A stretch of DNA of 63,747 bases, counting the filler, from Welwitschia mirabilis (taxonomy: Eukaryota), in the NCBI GenBank assembly GCA_051453625.1. It is 5 parts of one record of this genome, joined end to end, with 100 filler letters (N's around TTAATTAATTAA, not from the genome) between each part and the next. Parts side by side here need not be neighbours in the genome. Positions count along the whole stretch, not along the records: positions 40,935 to 51,662 come from JBOZIK010000001.1; positions 51,763 to 61,067 come from JBOZIK010000001.1; positions 61,168 to 63,747 come from JBOZIK010000001.1; 2 more parts are not named here. One strand, 5' to 3'. The position numbers were made by a program, and so were the translations under genes. Shown here in pieces: positions 50,801 through 63,747 of this stretch. The stretch's first letter is position 1. Every line of letters starts with the position of its first letter. The notes under the pieces are model-generated. The model was not told the DNA's origin, did no database searches, and was given only the letters and a program-made list of their open reading frames with translations.

Positions 50801-52279
50801 CTTTTCTTATTTTAAACTTATGAACATTATTTATTATTAATTTAAAAAAAAAAACTTTGTAATGTCCATCTCAAGAATTTGTAACTTCCTTAATAATGGC
50901 TCTCTTTAAGGTGATCCTCTCCTCCAAGATACCTTAAATTAGTTTTCTTTTTGAAGGGAACTTTCCTACTAACTGATCTTATAATCCTTAATTAATTTCA
51001 AGAGGAAAGGTAACTTCTTATACTTGGTATTTAAATTTCTTTGGAAAGAAGGGAAAGTGTCTTGTCCACATTTAAAAGAAATTTTGTCAAAAATNNNNNN
51101 NNNNNNNNNNNNNNNNNNNNNNNNNNNNNNNNNNNNNNNNNNNNNNNNNNNNNNNNNNNNNNNNNNNNNNNNNNNNNNNNNNNNNNNNNNNNNNNNNNNN
51201 NNNNNNNNNNNNNNNNNNNNNNNNNNNNNNNNNNNNNNNNNNNNNNNNNNNNNNNNNNNNNNNNNNNNNNNNNNNNNNNNNNNNNNNNNNNNNNNNNNNN
51301 NNNNNNNNNNNNNNNNNNNNNNNNNNNNNNNNNNNNNNNNNNNNNNNNNNNNNNNNNNNNNNNNNNNNNNNNNNNNNNNNNNNNNNNNNNNNNNNNCTAT
51401 CTCTTATCAAAATAACAATTGACATAATAACTGTTCATGAGTTTAAGTAAATAACTTAATAGCCTAAGTAATAAAATAAATCAGATGATTTCTCCATCAT
51501 TTTAGATCCAATGATCCATTATGAACTCATACCATCTCAGCACTCAAATACCAGATTTTCAACATATCACAAGAAAAATATGGAATGAGAACTGTGAAAA
51601 TTTCATAGCCCCCAGTATGGCCTAGGTAAGGGATTAGGTTGGGAGAAAGGTTTTCACGACAANNNNNNNNNNNNNNNNNNNNNNNNNNNNNNNNNNNNNN
51701 NNNNNNTTAATTAATTAANNNNNNNNNNNNNNNNNNNNNNNNNNNNNNNNNNNNNNNNNNNNTCTCATAAATGATTGCCTGGCCACCGGGTGCTTTTAAT
51801 AATAATATAATCAAGATAATGCTCCATATTTAATAATGATAAAAAGGAATAAATAACATGTCTCCATAATTAAACATTCAATTCAGCATTTACTTTCAAT
51901 TGCATGAGTAAAAGACATCACTTCCACCACAAGAGCATATAAAAATTGGATTCGAACATTTACACAAAACAATATTTATATTACAACTCAATAATACTGC
52001 ATTTCAAGAACATAGGAATAATCACAATTGGAATTTCAAGTAATTTAATTGTTTCCAAATATTTCATTAAACATAAACCTGTAAATTTTATAAGAAAATT
52101 AATTTAATCTTTTCCAAATGATGCATTTCATATTAGCAGCATAAACATTTTTCAAAACTTCTAAAGATAAATTAATATAATAAATTGTGTTAAACACAAT
52201 AAAAACTAACATCTTATATTTTTGATTAAATTAGAATTAATTTTCTTTTACTCATACTCAACATTTTCTATTACAATGA

Positions 52280-53900
52280 GGTATAGAGAAGCCTTATTAA
52301 GAATTACAATACCATTTGGAATCTACACCATATATAAGAAAACAAACATTAAAAACCTTTCTAAAATATAGATCAAGGGTTAAATAATTTCACTAATTTT
52401 AAGTGCATTGCTTATAATGTAAGGGAAAAACCAACTTATGAGTATTAAGAAATATTTAGACATCAGCATAAACCATGATATATGGGCAAATAACACCTTT
52501 CACTCACTAAACTACCTCTTTCATACCACAAATTTTCTTAATTCTAGAATAGCACTCAAAGGATTTTTGTTTTTTTGGTTAGAAATTGTATGAAGCTTAC
52601 TATGCTAATATTCCTATGATAATCATAGTTTTCATTAACTATTATTCCATATGCAAGGTATTAGATTTATAACTGCCAAATTCTTAAATGTAAATCATCA
52701 TGCCATAAGGTTTTATAGAACTATAGATCCCAATAATCTTGTATTTATAATCACTTTGTCATTTACATTAAGTACAAAATGCATTTAGCATCAACTAAAA
52801 CACTTAACACAAACATTATGGTTAGCTTCCCATTAAACTATGCAAATCTATCTCTAGCATAATGTCATCAAGCTTCTTTTATCATTGTTTAGGAGCTTGT
52901 TTCAGCTAATATAGACTATTTGTCCATAAAGAGATGGAAATTAATTTTTAATAATGGTTTATACTATAAAATTATTTTGACTTTTTTATACACTACCTGG
53001 CTTACATAATATATATTTTTAAAGGTATAGCAAATTTAGATGAAACAAAAATAATAGTAGTAGTCAATGAATACTAATAACTACTCAAAATAGTCTTCAA
53101 AACTATAATAATCTACTATCAAAATTCCTTGGATGCTAGTTTATCCTTGTAACATCCAAAATAATTTTCCTTCTATTGACATTGCATTATCATCAAATTC
53201 TACCACTTTCTATGCATAAAAATGATAAAATACCTTGAATCTAATTTTGCATTAAAGAACTGATAAAACCATCCATTTCTTTCTTCTCTTTCATACTTCA
53301 ACTAGAACAAGAGTATCCTGTAGGATTGGGTATTCTTATCTACCAATAAGATTCATGAAAAAGCTTGAACTCACTAAAATAGAAGATAAATAAGCAATTT
53401 TTAAACTAAATAAGGTAATCCATATAGATCAACAGGCTACTAATCTTACACCTATCCATGGAATGGCATATGATAATGTCTAATGTTTGAACTAATGATA
53501 GCAACTAAGGTTTTATAATATATTTCTATGGAAAAACAAATCTCATATTTGACCTACACATCTTATCCTTATCATGTATGATCAGTAAGCATTAATATTT
53601 AATAATAGAAATAGTGTAATTAATAACGAACTCATATTCCATTAGATAACAATTAGAACCTTATCAAATGAAACTCCTATACAAATGGATCAATCCTAAT
53701 ATAAGATGTTAGCTATAGAGATACTCTTCATGTAAATGATTATCATCTAAAAGCTTATTATAAATATAAGCCACTAAGAAAGATTTAAAATTAAATAGAG
53801 AAAATAAATCTTATTAACACTTTACATAAGGAGGAGTTCTTTATAAAGGTCTAATCTTTTAATGGAGTGGAACAAGAGGAGAATCTTTTAAAATTTTTCT
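52280..53900 (-). mobile_element. Decayed Ty1/copia gag-protease-integrase remnant
   Basis: Minus-strand fragments in copia order: KLISISL (~52930), TLWH (~52700, pre-integrase), ILEL..ICG (~52525-52550) and NGIV (~52310, cf. QNGxAE). Heavily deleted. Confidence 0.45.
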
Positions 53901-56900
53901 AAGAAATGTTAACATTTATCCATATTATTTACCTATAATGAGTATCAAGAGATGCTATGTTAATAAGCCTAAATTGGTTTATTCTTTGGCTATTGATATG
54001 GTCTCATCTAAGCAAGTTTTTTGTCATCAATAAATGGTCACAAATGAGGATGCCTTTAAGGTCTTAAAATCCCATTATGATTAAATGAAAAAAGGTCTAC
54101 AGTATAACTCTCATTGAGTATGATTAATATAATTCATTTCAATCTAGTATGCTAAATCTATTAACAAATATTAATGGTTTAGTAATGATTACTAGTGCTC
54201 CACATTTTGTATAATTCATGAATATAACATGATAATATCATAGCTAGATGCTAAATATTCTCTAGAAAGATTAAATTGAACACCTAGTTAAAATATTATG
54301 GAAGAATGCATACTTAAGAAATTGATGGTTAGTGTAAAGAATTCCCCAATTCAAGTCTGTATGTACCTCCACATAAGATATCTTAGCCTTAGATGAAATT
54401 AAAACAATTATTAATAGAGAACAAGATGTGTAATTACAAGAGAGATGATAAAGTAACAGTAATAAGAATTATTTTGAATACTCTACCCTTAACCATCTCA
54501 TTTCTCCATCATAATTGGCTTTAATTGAATCAATTTTGCATATTACTAATGATAATTAAGTTTAAACTATACACATTAATTATTTTTATTCATTTGAAAA
54601 TCTTATAAGTTAAACTATATGTCCATGCAAGCATGAAGCCATATCACATTGCACCTCACATGTAGTTAGAGTGTGATGCATCTTATCTTTAAACTTCTTC
54701 ATTTACACGTGTTTTATACCATGGAAATAAATGCATTATCTAGGAAAAGTCTAATCAACATAGGTGGCAATACTAAATTATCCATCAATCCTAAAATGTA
54801 TTGTATGAAAATTAGCGTAGTTGTTTATAAAGAGTTACACTTTAATATGAAAGGTTTTCCTAATAACTTGTTGAAAAGGGACATGGTAGAGAAAGATCAT
54901 ACTAAATCTCCTAATCTCAAAATTTTGATCAAGAACTTTATTTATGCAACCAGTGATTATTCTTATTTGGTAAATTATACAAGAATGAATAGAATATTTA
55001 CATTAGTTATTTCTAAATTAACCCAAACTTACTATAGATTGATATTAAAATATATATTTAGTAGTATGAGGTTAAGAATAATATGTATTCAGATAAAAGA
55101 AATGAATCATGCAATTCCATTTATTACTATAATGGACATCATCTTTCATTATGGTCATGTCCTCTTGAACCTATGTATCATTAGTGAAGATAATGCCAAA
55201 CATGTTAGTATAATAACAAACATGACTACCCTAAGTTCAATAATTAATAGAATTTTGTAACACCGTCTTTTCTGTTATCTTAATTAGTCACTATTTTTCC
55301 TTCCTTTCTTCTTTAATATATTTTTACCTAATAAATATAACATAACCTACGACCAAATTCTACTTACTCCTTAATTATAATTCCTATATTTTAAGAAAAA
55401 CAAATCATATTAATATGATATTTTTACCTATAATTAATTTCTATGTTATTTTGGTTTATAAATAATAGTTATGTTATAAGTTTATATTCTCCATTTCTTC
55501 CTCATTTTTTATCATATAAAATATATCTTATTAATAGTTAAGAAGATATAAACTTTGTTGTCAACATATATGGATAAGTTTTAAGGATAATACCTAAACG
55601 AATATAATAAAAAATTGTAACTCCAATTAATGGCATTCCAACTTGATATACGGCCATCCTCTAGAAATGAGTTATTTATAGTTTAGTTCTAAACTATACA
55701 AACATGATTGATTTCAACTTCATAGGCTTTCACATCATCTTAATATATCCCTAATATAGGTGACAAGTAGTATGTGAGATGGATGAAAACTTATAAATAA
55801 CCCCACTTCCTTAAAGCATCTCCAAATGGTGTCACATGATCCATCGATGCTAACGGTTTAATATATTAAATCTAATTAAGTTCATACATGAGTAAGATAG
55901 GAGAATGGTGATAAAATCCTCTTATATAAGGTTATTATAAAAAAAAATGCAATGCATCCCACCTTCATAGTCAAATATAAGTGTAGGAATGAATATATTA
56001 GAATTATCTTGATTTAGTCCTATTTAATGAATACACCATATAAATGCATGCAAATAATTCCAAATAATGTGTATATTTAATGAATTATTTACCTAGTTCT
56101 ACTAATTCTAATCATCATTTAGTTCATTTTGTAGAAATAATCAGAAAAAGAAAACAAGCATACAAGAACATTTCTATTTTCAAGGTTATAATAATAAAAA
56201 CCTAGATAAAGAAAATATTCTTTTGTTTTTTATTTAAATAAATAAATTATCCTTTTGTTAATAATAATAAAAATTTTTAAAATTTATCAAATAACATCTT
56301 CATAACGTACTTAAATAAACTAAAATATACTTGGAGCTATGTGAATCCTAAAAGCATTCTTTCATGCTCATATGACAATCTACATGGATTGGTGCAAAGA
56401 AGGTAAATAAAAGAAAGTATAGCTCAAGCATAATTGTTAAGATATAAGTATTTATCTAAGATTTTATATGGATATATTATAAGTCAATAAAAATAAGTGG
56501 TATTTTAACAAATAAATACCACTTATAAGTAATTTATATTATATTTACTAATAGAAACATATTTTTGTATACTTAATTTTCCTATAAAATTTTATCTAAT
56601 AATGTTTCGATAATTTTAAACATTAATTATAATATTTTTGGGCTCTAAGAAAACATCATAGTTAAAAATTAGTAATTAATTAATTATGAAGCAAAAAGAT
56701 AAATTATAGTAGTTTTTCAGAAAGTAGATACATAATAGGTTTCTTAAAATCTAACTTAAACTATCTTGGAATTCTAAAAAAATTATTTCTAATGTTATTA
56801 TTTAAAAATAAAAACTATTAAATTTTATAAAATTATAGTCCTATCGGCTACACTAAAATGACTATAACCTTCAAAATACTTTTGAGTTTTTAAATGATTT

Positions 56901-57160
56901 AAGATGTTTTGGAAATCTTATTCAATTTTTCACAACTTAGGATGTTCAAGGTTTTTGACATGTTAATAAATAAGTACAAAAACATAAATTAATTGCTCGT
57001 AATTTTATGCATTTATTTTCTAATGTATTTTAACAAATATTTTTTAAAAAAATTATTACTCATTAAAACATTACTAATTTTACATTTTCATGTTCATAAC
57101 ACAATACTAGGCTTAGAAAAAAATTCACTACTTTATACTTACTAATTAATAAGATATGAT

Positions 57161-59582
57161 AATCTTTTGGAAGGCCTAGTATTTTTCTTTAAATTGACTA
57201 AGTGTATTAAAGTTTGTGTTATCACCCCCTTTTATTTAATCCTAGCTAGATATTTTCCAGGAAAAAGGGGACTTAGCCAAGGTGGTCCTTTATCTCCTCA
57301 CCTCTTCTCTCTTATCATGAAACACTTTTTTAGGTGTCTCAAGAAGATGGTTGAGAATCCCCATTTTTATTTTCACCCCAAATGTAAAAGACTTTAAATT
57401 ACTCACTTGAATTATGTTAATGATCTTTTTGTCTTTTGTAAAGAAGATGAGAGTTCCATCATTTCTATGAAACAAGCTCTTGAAATTTTCATGGTAGCCT
57501 CTGGTCTTGAGGAAAATCTTGCTAAGAGTCAATCTTTCTTTAGAGGATTATCCCAAGGTCAAAAATATAGATTTCTAGATCTGCTAGGATTCACTAAAGG
57601 AAACCTTCTAATTAGATGTCTTAGAGTGCCTTTCAACTCCAAGAAACTTTCTAATGCAAATTTTCTACCCCTTGTTCTTAAGGTAACTGAGAAGATTAGA
57701 TCTTGGACCTCAAAATTTTTTATCCTATGTTGGTAGAATTGTTTTAATTAAGGTTGTCCTCTAGTCACTTTTCTCCTTTTGGTGCAGGGTTTTCCTCCTT
57801 CCAAATGAAGTCCTCCATGATATTACTTCTTTCTGAGAAGATTTCTTTAGACAAGAACTTTTGATCATTCTAAGAAGGCCTTTATTTCCTGGGAAATTAC
57901 AGCGAAAATAAAAAAATTATAAGGCTTAGGTTTAACTAATATCATTCTAATGAATAAATCTTTGGTGTGTACATAACTTTAAGGCCTAGCACTCAAGAAA
58001 GATACTCTATGGGCTAAATGATGTAATAAGTACTATTTTAAGAATGTAAATGTATGGCAGTATCAAATAAAGTAAAACATGTCCTGGATCATAAAAAAAA
58101 TTATAAAACTCAAATACTAGTTAAGAAGCTATTTTTAAGTCTTCACTGGTTTGGAAAGAAACTAACATCCCTTTCTTCACTTCCTCAGCCTATCATCACT
58201 TATGTGACCAAAACCATAAGGTAAATTGGTGGTATATAATCTAGAATTGCTTTTTTATCCCAAAATACTCATTTATCTCATGGTTAGCTCACAAAAATAG
58301 ATGATTTACTAAAGATATACTAATTAAGATAGGGATCCAAATTGACCCTAAATGTATTTTATGTGGTAAGGTAGAAGAAACAATAAAGCATATTTTCTTT
58401 AATTTGAATGCCCTCTATGTGCCCTCCTTGTCCAATCTTCATTGACTCTAATTCATCTTTACCCTCAACAGCCTCTTGAAATGTTGTGACCAGCTAGATA
58501 AAATAGATGATTTAGGTCTAAGTCCTTTCAACATAGCATTACTAAATTCCTATTCTCTATGTACATGTATCATGTTTGGAAAGGCAAAAAAGCAAAAATC
58601 TTCAAGTAGAGATATTTCAGTATTATTTAAATCATCAAAGAAATGAAGATGCATCTTTTATTCAAAATGTCTACTATTCAAAAACTAAAAGATACACAGA
58701 ATAATAGATCTTAGTGCCAGGATTTAGACATATCCCTTAATATTTGGGAATAAGTCCAAATGCATCATTCTAGTAGTCAATAGACCATTAGTAAAGGTAA
58801 GAAGTTTAAACTTTCAATAGTTTCATTCCAATTTAGTTTGCATTCTGGTATTGTTGTATTAGTCCCAATAATGATTAGAAAATTAGGATGATACTTTAGG
58901 TGCTTTGAAATCTTCTAGACGAAGATCACCTTGATGGTTTCCCTTTACTAATAAAAGGATCTTCTATAGTTTTCACTAGTTTTAAGGTCAAGTGTGTCTT
59001 GAAGATCTGATTCTCTTTTACTCAAATCTAAAGGAGATAGGAAGGAATTTGGTTTAGGTCACCAGTGGGAAGTTTATGCAGCTTCTTCTAAGATTAAATT
59101 TCCTAGATCTGATGATCAACCTACTCTATTTGAAAAATTTCAAAAACACTAGCTTTAGATTTCTTTCTCTCTATTACATGCATTTTCTGGGTCTAAACCA
59201 TTAGGATAACCCTAAATCCCACCCAAAAATAATGCGACGACTTTCTTGTAATGCATTAGTTAGTTAGCTCTCTAGTTATTGAGAATGAGTAGCATTACTT
59301 AATTTTCTATTCTTGCATTTTCCTTGTTCCTTTGACTCATCATAGAGAGGTTGTCTATGCATCTCAAATCTCAAATTTGAAGAAGCTTTAGAAAATGAAT
59401 TTCTCTTCTTAGACTAGCTGAGAGGAGTTTATGTAAAAAACCTGGTCCTCGTTTTTCTAGATCTAATATTTATTCTAGTTTTTCTTTTAAAATTAGTTTA
59501 TATATTTTACTTCTAGAGTTATTTATAAGAGTTGTACTTTTATTATTCTAGTAATGAAAATTTCTTAAATTTCATTCAAAAA
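57161..59582 (+). mobile_element. 5'-truncated L1 LINE (ORF2 RT C-half, zf-RVT, 3' UTR, short A tail) with 17-bp TSD
   Basis: FPGKRGLSQGGPLSPHLF (cf. GLRQGDPLSPYLF), FHPKCKRL*ITHLNYVNDLFVF (FADD region), and PKYSFISWL...CILCGKVEETIKHIFF (zf-RVT). Exact direct repeat AATTAATAAGATATGAT at 57144-57160 and 59583-59599. Confidence 0.95.
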
Positions 59583-61044
59583 AATTAATAAGATATGATT
59601 TTTTATCCTAAACCTCTATTCTAAAAATTAAATTTTTCCCATAAAAAAACATGATAAAGTTTTTATAACTAGTTAAACAATATCTTAGATTATGAAAATA
59701 ATGGATATGATAACTATTTACTTATAAAATAAAAAATATCATAGAAAGAAAAGTCATTGTAGTAAGAAAATCAAATTAATTCAAAAAGAACTATGTACTA
59801 TGAGCCTTGGGATTTTCATAAAAGAGTATTAGCCTAAAGATATTTTTGAGGATTAGACTTTTCCCCTAATAAAATAGTCCTAATGCATAATATATTTAAA
59901 AAATATAGCACTAAAATAAACATAGTACCCAAATTTTTTTTCTTCCTTTTTATTTATTAATAGTTAATTCCTTAGTCACTTGGCCATAACCATTTGTTAG
60001 TAATCCTCTATCACTAAGTATAAGAGACTCATCGTATCACACTAGGACACCTTGGTCAGAGCCAATAGGAAAGAATAATATTTTATAACATAATTTCATA
60101 AAAGTTAACTAATTCCATAACAAAATATCACATCATTCATCTAGTAAAAATAGATCATATGAATAATAAAAGTAAAGAGCTTACTTGGAAATATTAGTAA
60201 GATCTTGATAATTAAAGATGATAAAGATTCAAGCTTAAAAGTTCCCTAGATATAAGCTTCTAAGCTCCAAGTTCTACAAGCAAGATAATAAAAGAAAGAA
60301 ATAGAGAGTGAAAAAAAAAAAGGAATGCACTTGTATGAAACAAAAGAAAAGTATCTCCTTTAACAAGAGAGGAAAGGATTCCTATATGTAGATTAAAAAA
60401 GGCACATACTCAAGATCATAAGATCACATGATTTAGCATTGATAAGTGTAATGAGTAATAAGTAATATTAAAGTATAAAAAGAGATACTATTTATGACTC
60501 GTGCACCTAATTAGGATGAGTAATCTTCTTATTTTAATTATTAAAGTTAATTACATGCATTATTTCCTCATTCTAGCTCTTGTTAATCCTTCATAGGCTC
60601 ATAAGTAAGTTTAATTCATCTAAACATGCATCCAAAGAATAAATGAATAAATATCAAAATTGTCATATGTCACAATGAGACAATCTCTTTAATTCTAATG
60701 AATGAAGAAATGAGTATGCTATGAACAAAGTGTCCTTACACATTTTAAAAACATAAAAGATATGATAGGGTAAATCCACTTATTTATCATTCTTGATTCT
60801 AGGTTAGAGTGCATGTACTTATTCAAATACTTATTTTTTAAAAATATATAAAATCTATCAATCACATAACATAAGGAAGAAAATATTTATTCATAATAGA
60901 GTATGCCTATTATATTTAAAAGAATATAAATAAGTAAATAAGATGTAAAATACATTACTATGTGATCTTAAAACTTTATTAGTTTTATCATGTGATTTTA
61001 ATTCCTCATTAAACGGATTATATAATTTTTAAATGTTTGAATAG

Positions 61045-61067
61045 TGTTGCGACGTTAACTTAAGTGT
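61045..61067 (+). mobile_element. Start of a D-type Athila LTR, cut by a scaffold join
   Basis: TGTTGCGACGTTAACTTAAGTGT resembles TGTTGCGAAGCCAACTTAGATGT at 27867. Confidence 0.5.
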
Positions 61068-61167
61068 NNNNNNNNNNNNNNNNNNNNNNNNNNNNNNNNN
61101 NNNNNNNNNNNTTAATTAATTAANNNNNNNNNNNNNNNNNNNNNNNNNNNNNNNNNNNNNNNNNNNN

Positions 61168-62937
61168 ACGGGAGTCTACTAGGTTAAAATTTCAGATAGG
61201 TTAGCTATCTTTTGTCTATGTTACTATCTGTCCATTCTTTTTGTTTTTCTTTTGTTGTTTGGTTAGTTATTTCAAAGTCATTATCATATTTTCTTATCCT
61301 TTTAAGACCTTAATATTTCATGTTTTCTTTGCTTAGTTTTCAATAAAAGAGTTCATTTCTTGCTTGAATAAATTTATTAATAATTTTGTGCTGTTTATTT
61401 TTAGTAATTTGAAGTTGTAAACGCTACTCTTAATCATTTTTGTAACGAAGCATTTTTATTATCTGTTCCTTGCTTGTTAGAATATTTCATACATCTGTAT
61501 TATTCAAATCTAGCATTTTTTTACTCAGGTTTGCATTTAATTTCGAAAGTTATCCACATTCAAAAACATGCATCATCTACCTTCTCACTCTCGTCTACTT
61601 TCTTTGTTTTATTATCTAATGCGGGAGGTATAGGGACCCATTTTCATGGTTTATATTTAAATTTTTGAGTTACTTGAGAACTTTCATGAGATAACATTTT
61701 AAACTTTTTCATACACATTATGCATTACATGCTATTTTGCTAGCAAACGTATTTTATGAGCCTATTTTATAATTTCTAGGTTAATTTTTGTAAGACAAAT
61801 TGGCTCGCAATTTTGGTTTTTCACCTGGTTTTTATTAGGGACTGATAAAAGCTAAGTGGATGGCTATGTTCCGTTGCTAATTTATAGTAATTTGATGGGG
61901 TTTTATGAGCTATTTTGTAGGACATTTACACATGTTTAGGAGCAATTTTGAGGATTTAGGAGAATTAATGTAAGATCTCAGAAATGTACAATTCTTAGCA
62001 AGATTTGAGGCATTTATGACACATTCTGGTACTCATGGCTATGGAAGAAGATTTCTGATGGAAATGGCTAGCTTCTACTAACTTGGATGTTAAAGAAGAC
62101 TATCTCCCCTTTGTTATCCCCACGATAGCCAGAACAACGACACCATTAGATGCTAACATGGACTACTAAATGATCTGTTGAGTCATCTTTTGTAAGAAAC
62201 TATTATTCCCTCCATAGTTTGAATGATAATCAGGACGACACTGACGATGTAATTGACTCTGGCAATTGACCTTGACCATTTCGTTCATTTCTTATTTGTA
62301 GAAGAGTGTGTATTGTAGCACCTTCTGTTTGTCATTTTCTAGTTTGTTACCCTACAAATAAGTCCCCCGTCAACTCTCCTCTCTATCTTCATTGCCCTAA
62401 AAATTCTCGTGATAGGAGATTGAAGGGCGGGAGATCCATCTCGAGAGTTGTAGAAAGATGGTCCCTTGGTGGAGGGCTATGCATCCTCCATTAAGGCCTA
62501 ACTATTTTGTAATCTAGATGTTGTTACTTCTTAATATAAACTCTATTTTCATGTTGCATATTAGTTTGTTAGATGTCCCTTATGGTTTATATTATCCTTG
62601 ATCTGGTGACAATTACATTGGTGATATAGATCATAAAGGGTAGCCTTTGTTAAGGCTGAAAAGAAGAAGTTTAGTTTCATTTTTCATTGCATTTAGTTAG
62701 TTGCATTTTGAATTTGCATTGCATCCTTTATTTTTTGCATTGTTATTTAATCCTAATTACCATTCTTTTTTGAAAAATCAATCCTTAGTCTTATATCATA
62801 GTCTTCAATGAGAACATGACATTCGGGTTCACTCCCACTTATACTAGTGTGTTGTATAATGTAGGATATCTATTTTATTTATGAAATGATATAATTTTTT
62901 TGAATATAAAATGCTTGTACAAATACACACTGTAACA
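61168..62937 (+). mobile_element. Athila-like element F: 3' interior, PPT region and 3' LTR (61867-62937)
   Basis: GGGACTGATAAAAGCTAAGTGGATGGCTA precedes TGTTCCGTTGCT. The LTR is homologous to the A-type LTRs (gagatccatctcgagagttg, gggctatgcatcctccatt) and ends CACTGTAACA. Confidence 0.85.
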
Positions 62938-63747
62938 CACTTGAAGGTGTACTTTCTTTTACCTTGGATTACTCCCATTATGGAGTGATCATGTCTAAAT
63001 CACTTATCTAGGTTTTATCATGAGTAGTAGGACCTATTAGATAAGATATAGACTATTTACCAACTTTACCCTCCAGTGTTATGATCCTCAAGATACATTA
63101 TGAGTAATTATTATAAGTTTTTCCATAGTACAAATTGACATTTCATTTTTCTCTTAATAATTATTTTTCTTTCTTTTTTCTTTTTTTTTTTTCCTTTTTT
63201 CACAAATATGAAAAGCAACTTATGCATTGTCAAAGTACTAATAACTTGTAGCTTTAATAAAAAGGAAGCTGATGAAGAGACAAAACATAAAATATGAACA
63301 ACCTAATTAAGTACATTTTCCTTTTCTAACATAATAATTCATAGATGTTTAAATGCCTTTCAATTAGCTAAAACTTAATTGATCATATATTTACAAAATC
63401 TTGAGATGATTTAACATATTATGATGAAAAACTAAAGTAAAATCAAGTTAATAGATCTTGGAAAACAGACTATGTGAATAATTATATTCACATAAGGATA
63501 AGTAATGATCATCTTGACAAGAAAATAAACTCTTATAAATTAGTTTAGTCAAATAAAATACTAGTATTGAAATAAAATTATTATTCTTTTTCTTTACATT
63601 TATCTCTATGTCAAAAAACTAGATATTTCAACATAGTCCTTGAATTATAGTTTTTCAAAAAAATAAAAATCAAATCATATGAAAACCAATTGATAAACCA
63701 TAAAATATATGCATGCATTTTTTAGAAGAATTAATTAGTAATAAATA

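Larger units (their letters stand above)
42088..52097 (-). mobile_element. Tekay/Del-like Ty3/gypsy element, minus strand (3' LTR to 44081, 5' LTR ~50790-52097), interior decayed
   Basis: Direct repeats 42088-42260 ~ 50920-51094, 42560-42777 ~ 51400-51616 and 43725-44057 ~ 51763-52098. Minus-strand TTTCAAGGACGAAACTTCTTAAGGAGGTGAGAAA-TGT at 44115-44079 is the typical Tekay PPT context. tRNA-Met PBS lies next to the TGTAACAC terminus at 50709-50731. Confidence 0.8.

Noticed and set aside
722-51425. Long ORFs in the supplied track made mostly of X
   Set aside because: They are open only because they cross N gaps.
54673-55260. 195-aa ORF
   Set aside because: No recognisable motif, a non-ATG start and composition typical of AT-rich non-coding DNA; probably decayed TE sequence.
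59900-60750. Possible solo LTR on the minus strand (also 55500-56100)
   Set aside because: LTR-like composition but no termini, TSD, PBS or partner copy could be identified.
30753-61103. Four identical TTAATTAATTAA palindromes
   Set aside because: Each is centred in an N-run; they are artificial scaffold linkers, not biological sites.

Overview
Very AT-rich, gap-ridden plant (probably angiosperm) nuclear heterochromatin-type sequence. No intact protein-coding gene is visible. The window is mostly old, heavily C>T/G>A-eroded retroelements. These are: the 5' half of a SIRE-type Ty1/copia element (1-3.5 kb); a decayed Tat/Ogre-like Ty3/gypsy pol with 90-bp and ~101-bp tandem arrays on its 3' side; at least six Athila-like elements, three of them non-autonomous copies sharing one eroded ORF, with one nested inside another; a Tekay-like element (~42-52 kb) carrying four tandem tRNA-Met PBS/LTR-end units; a copia remnant; and a 5'-truncated L1 LINE with an exact 17-bp target-site duplication. 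Three islands keep their CpGs and look non-TE: a plastid-derived rps14 + tRNA fragment (11.2-11.6 kb), a promoter/UTR-like stretch (40.9-41.6 kb), and a 1.4-kb island between the Tekay LTRs containing a class III peroxidase pseudogene fragment downstream of clustered AACGG motifs. All calls come from reading motifs by eye, and boundaries are approximate unless stated. The TTAATTAATTAA strings inside N-runs are assembly linkers.
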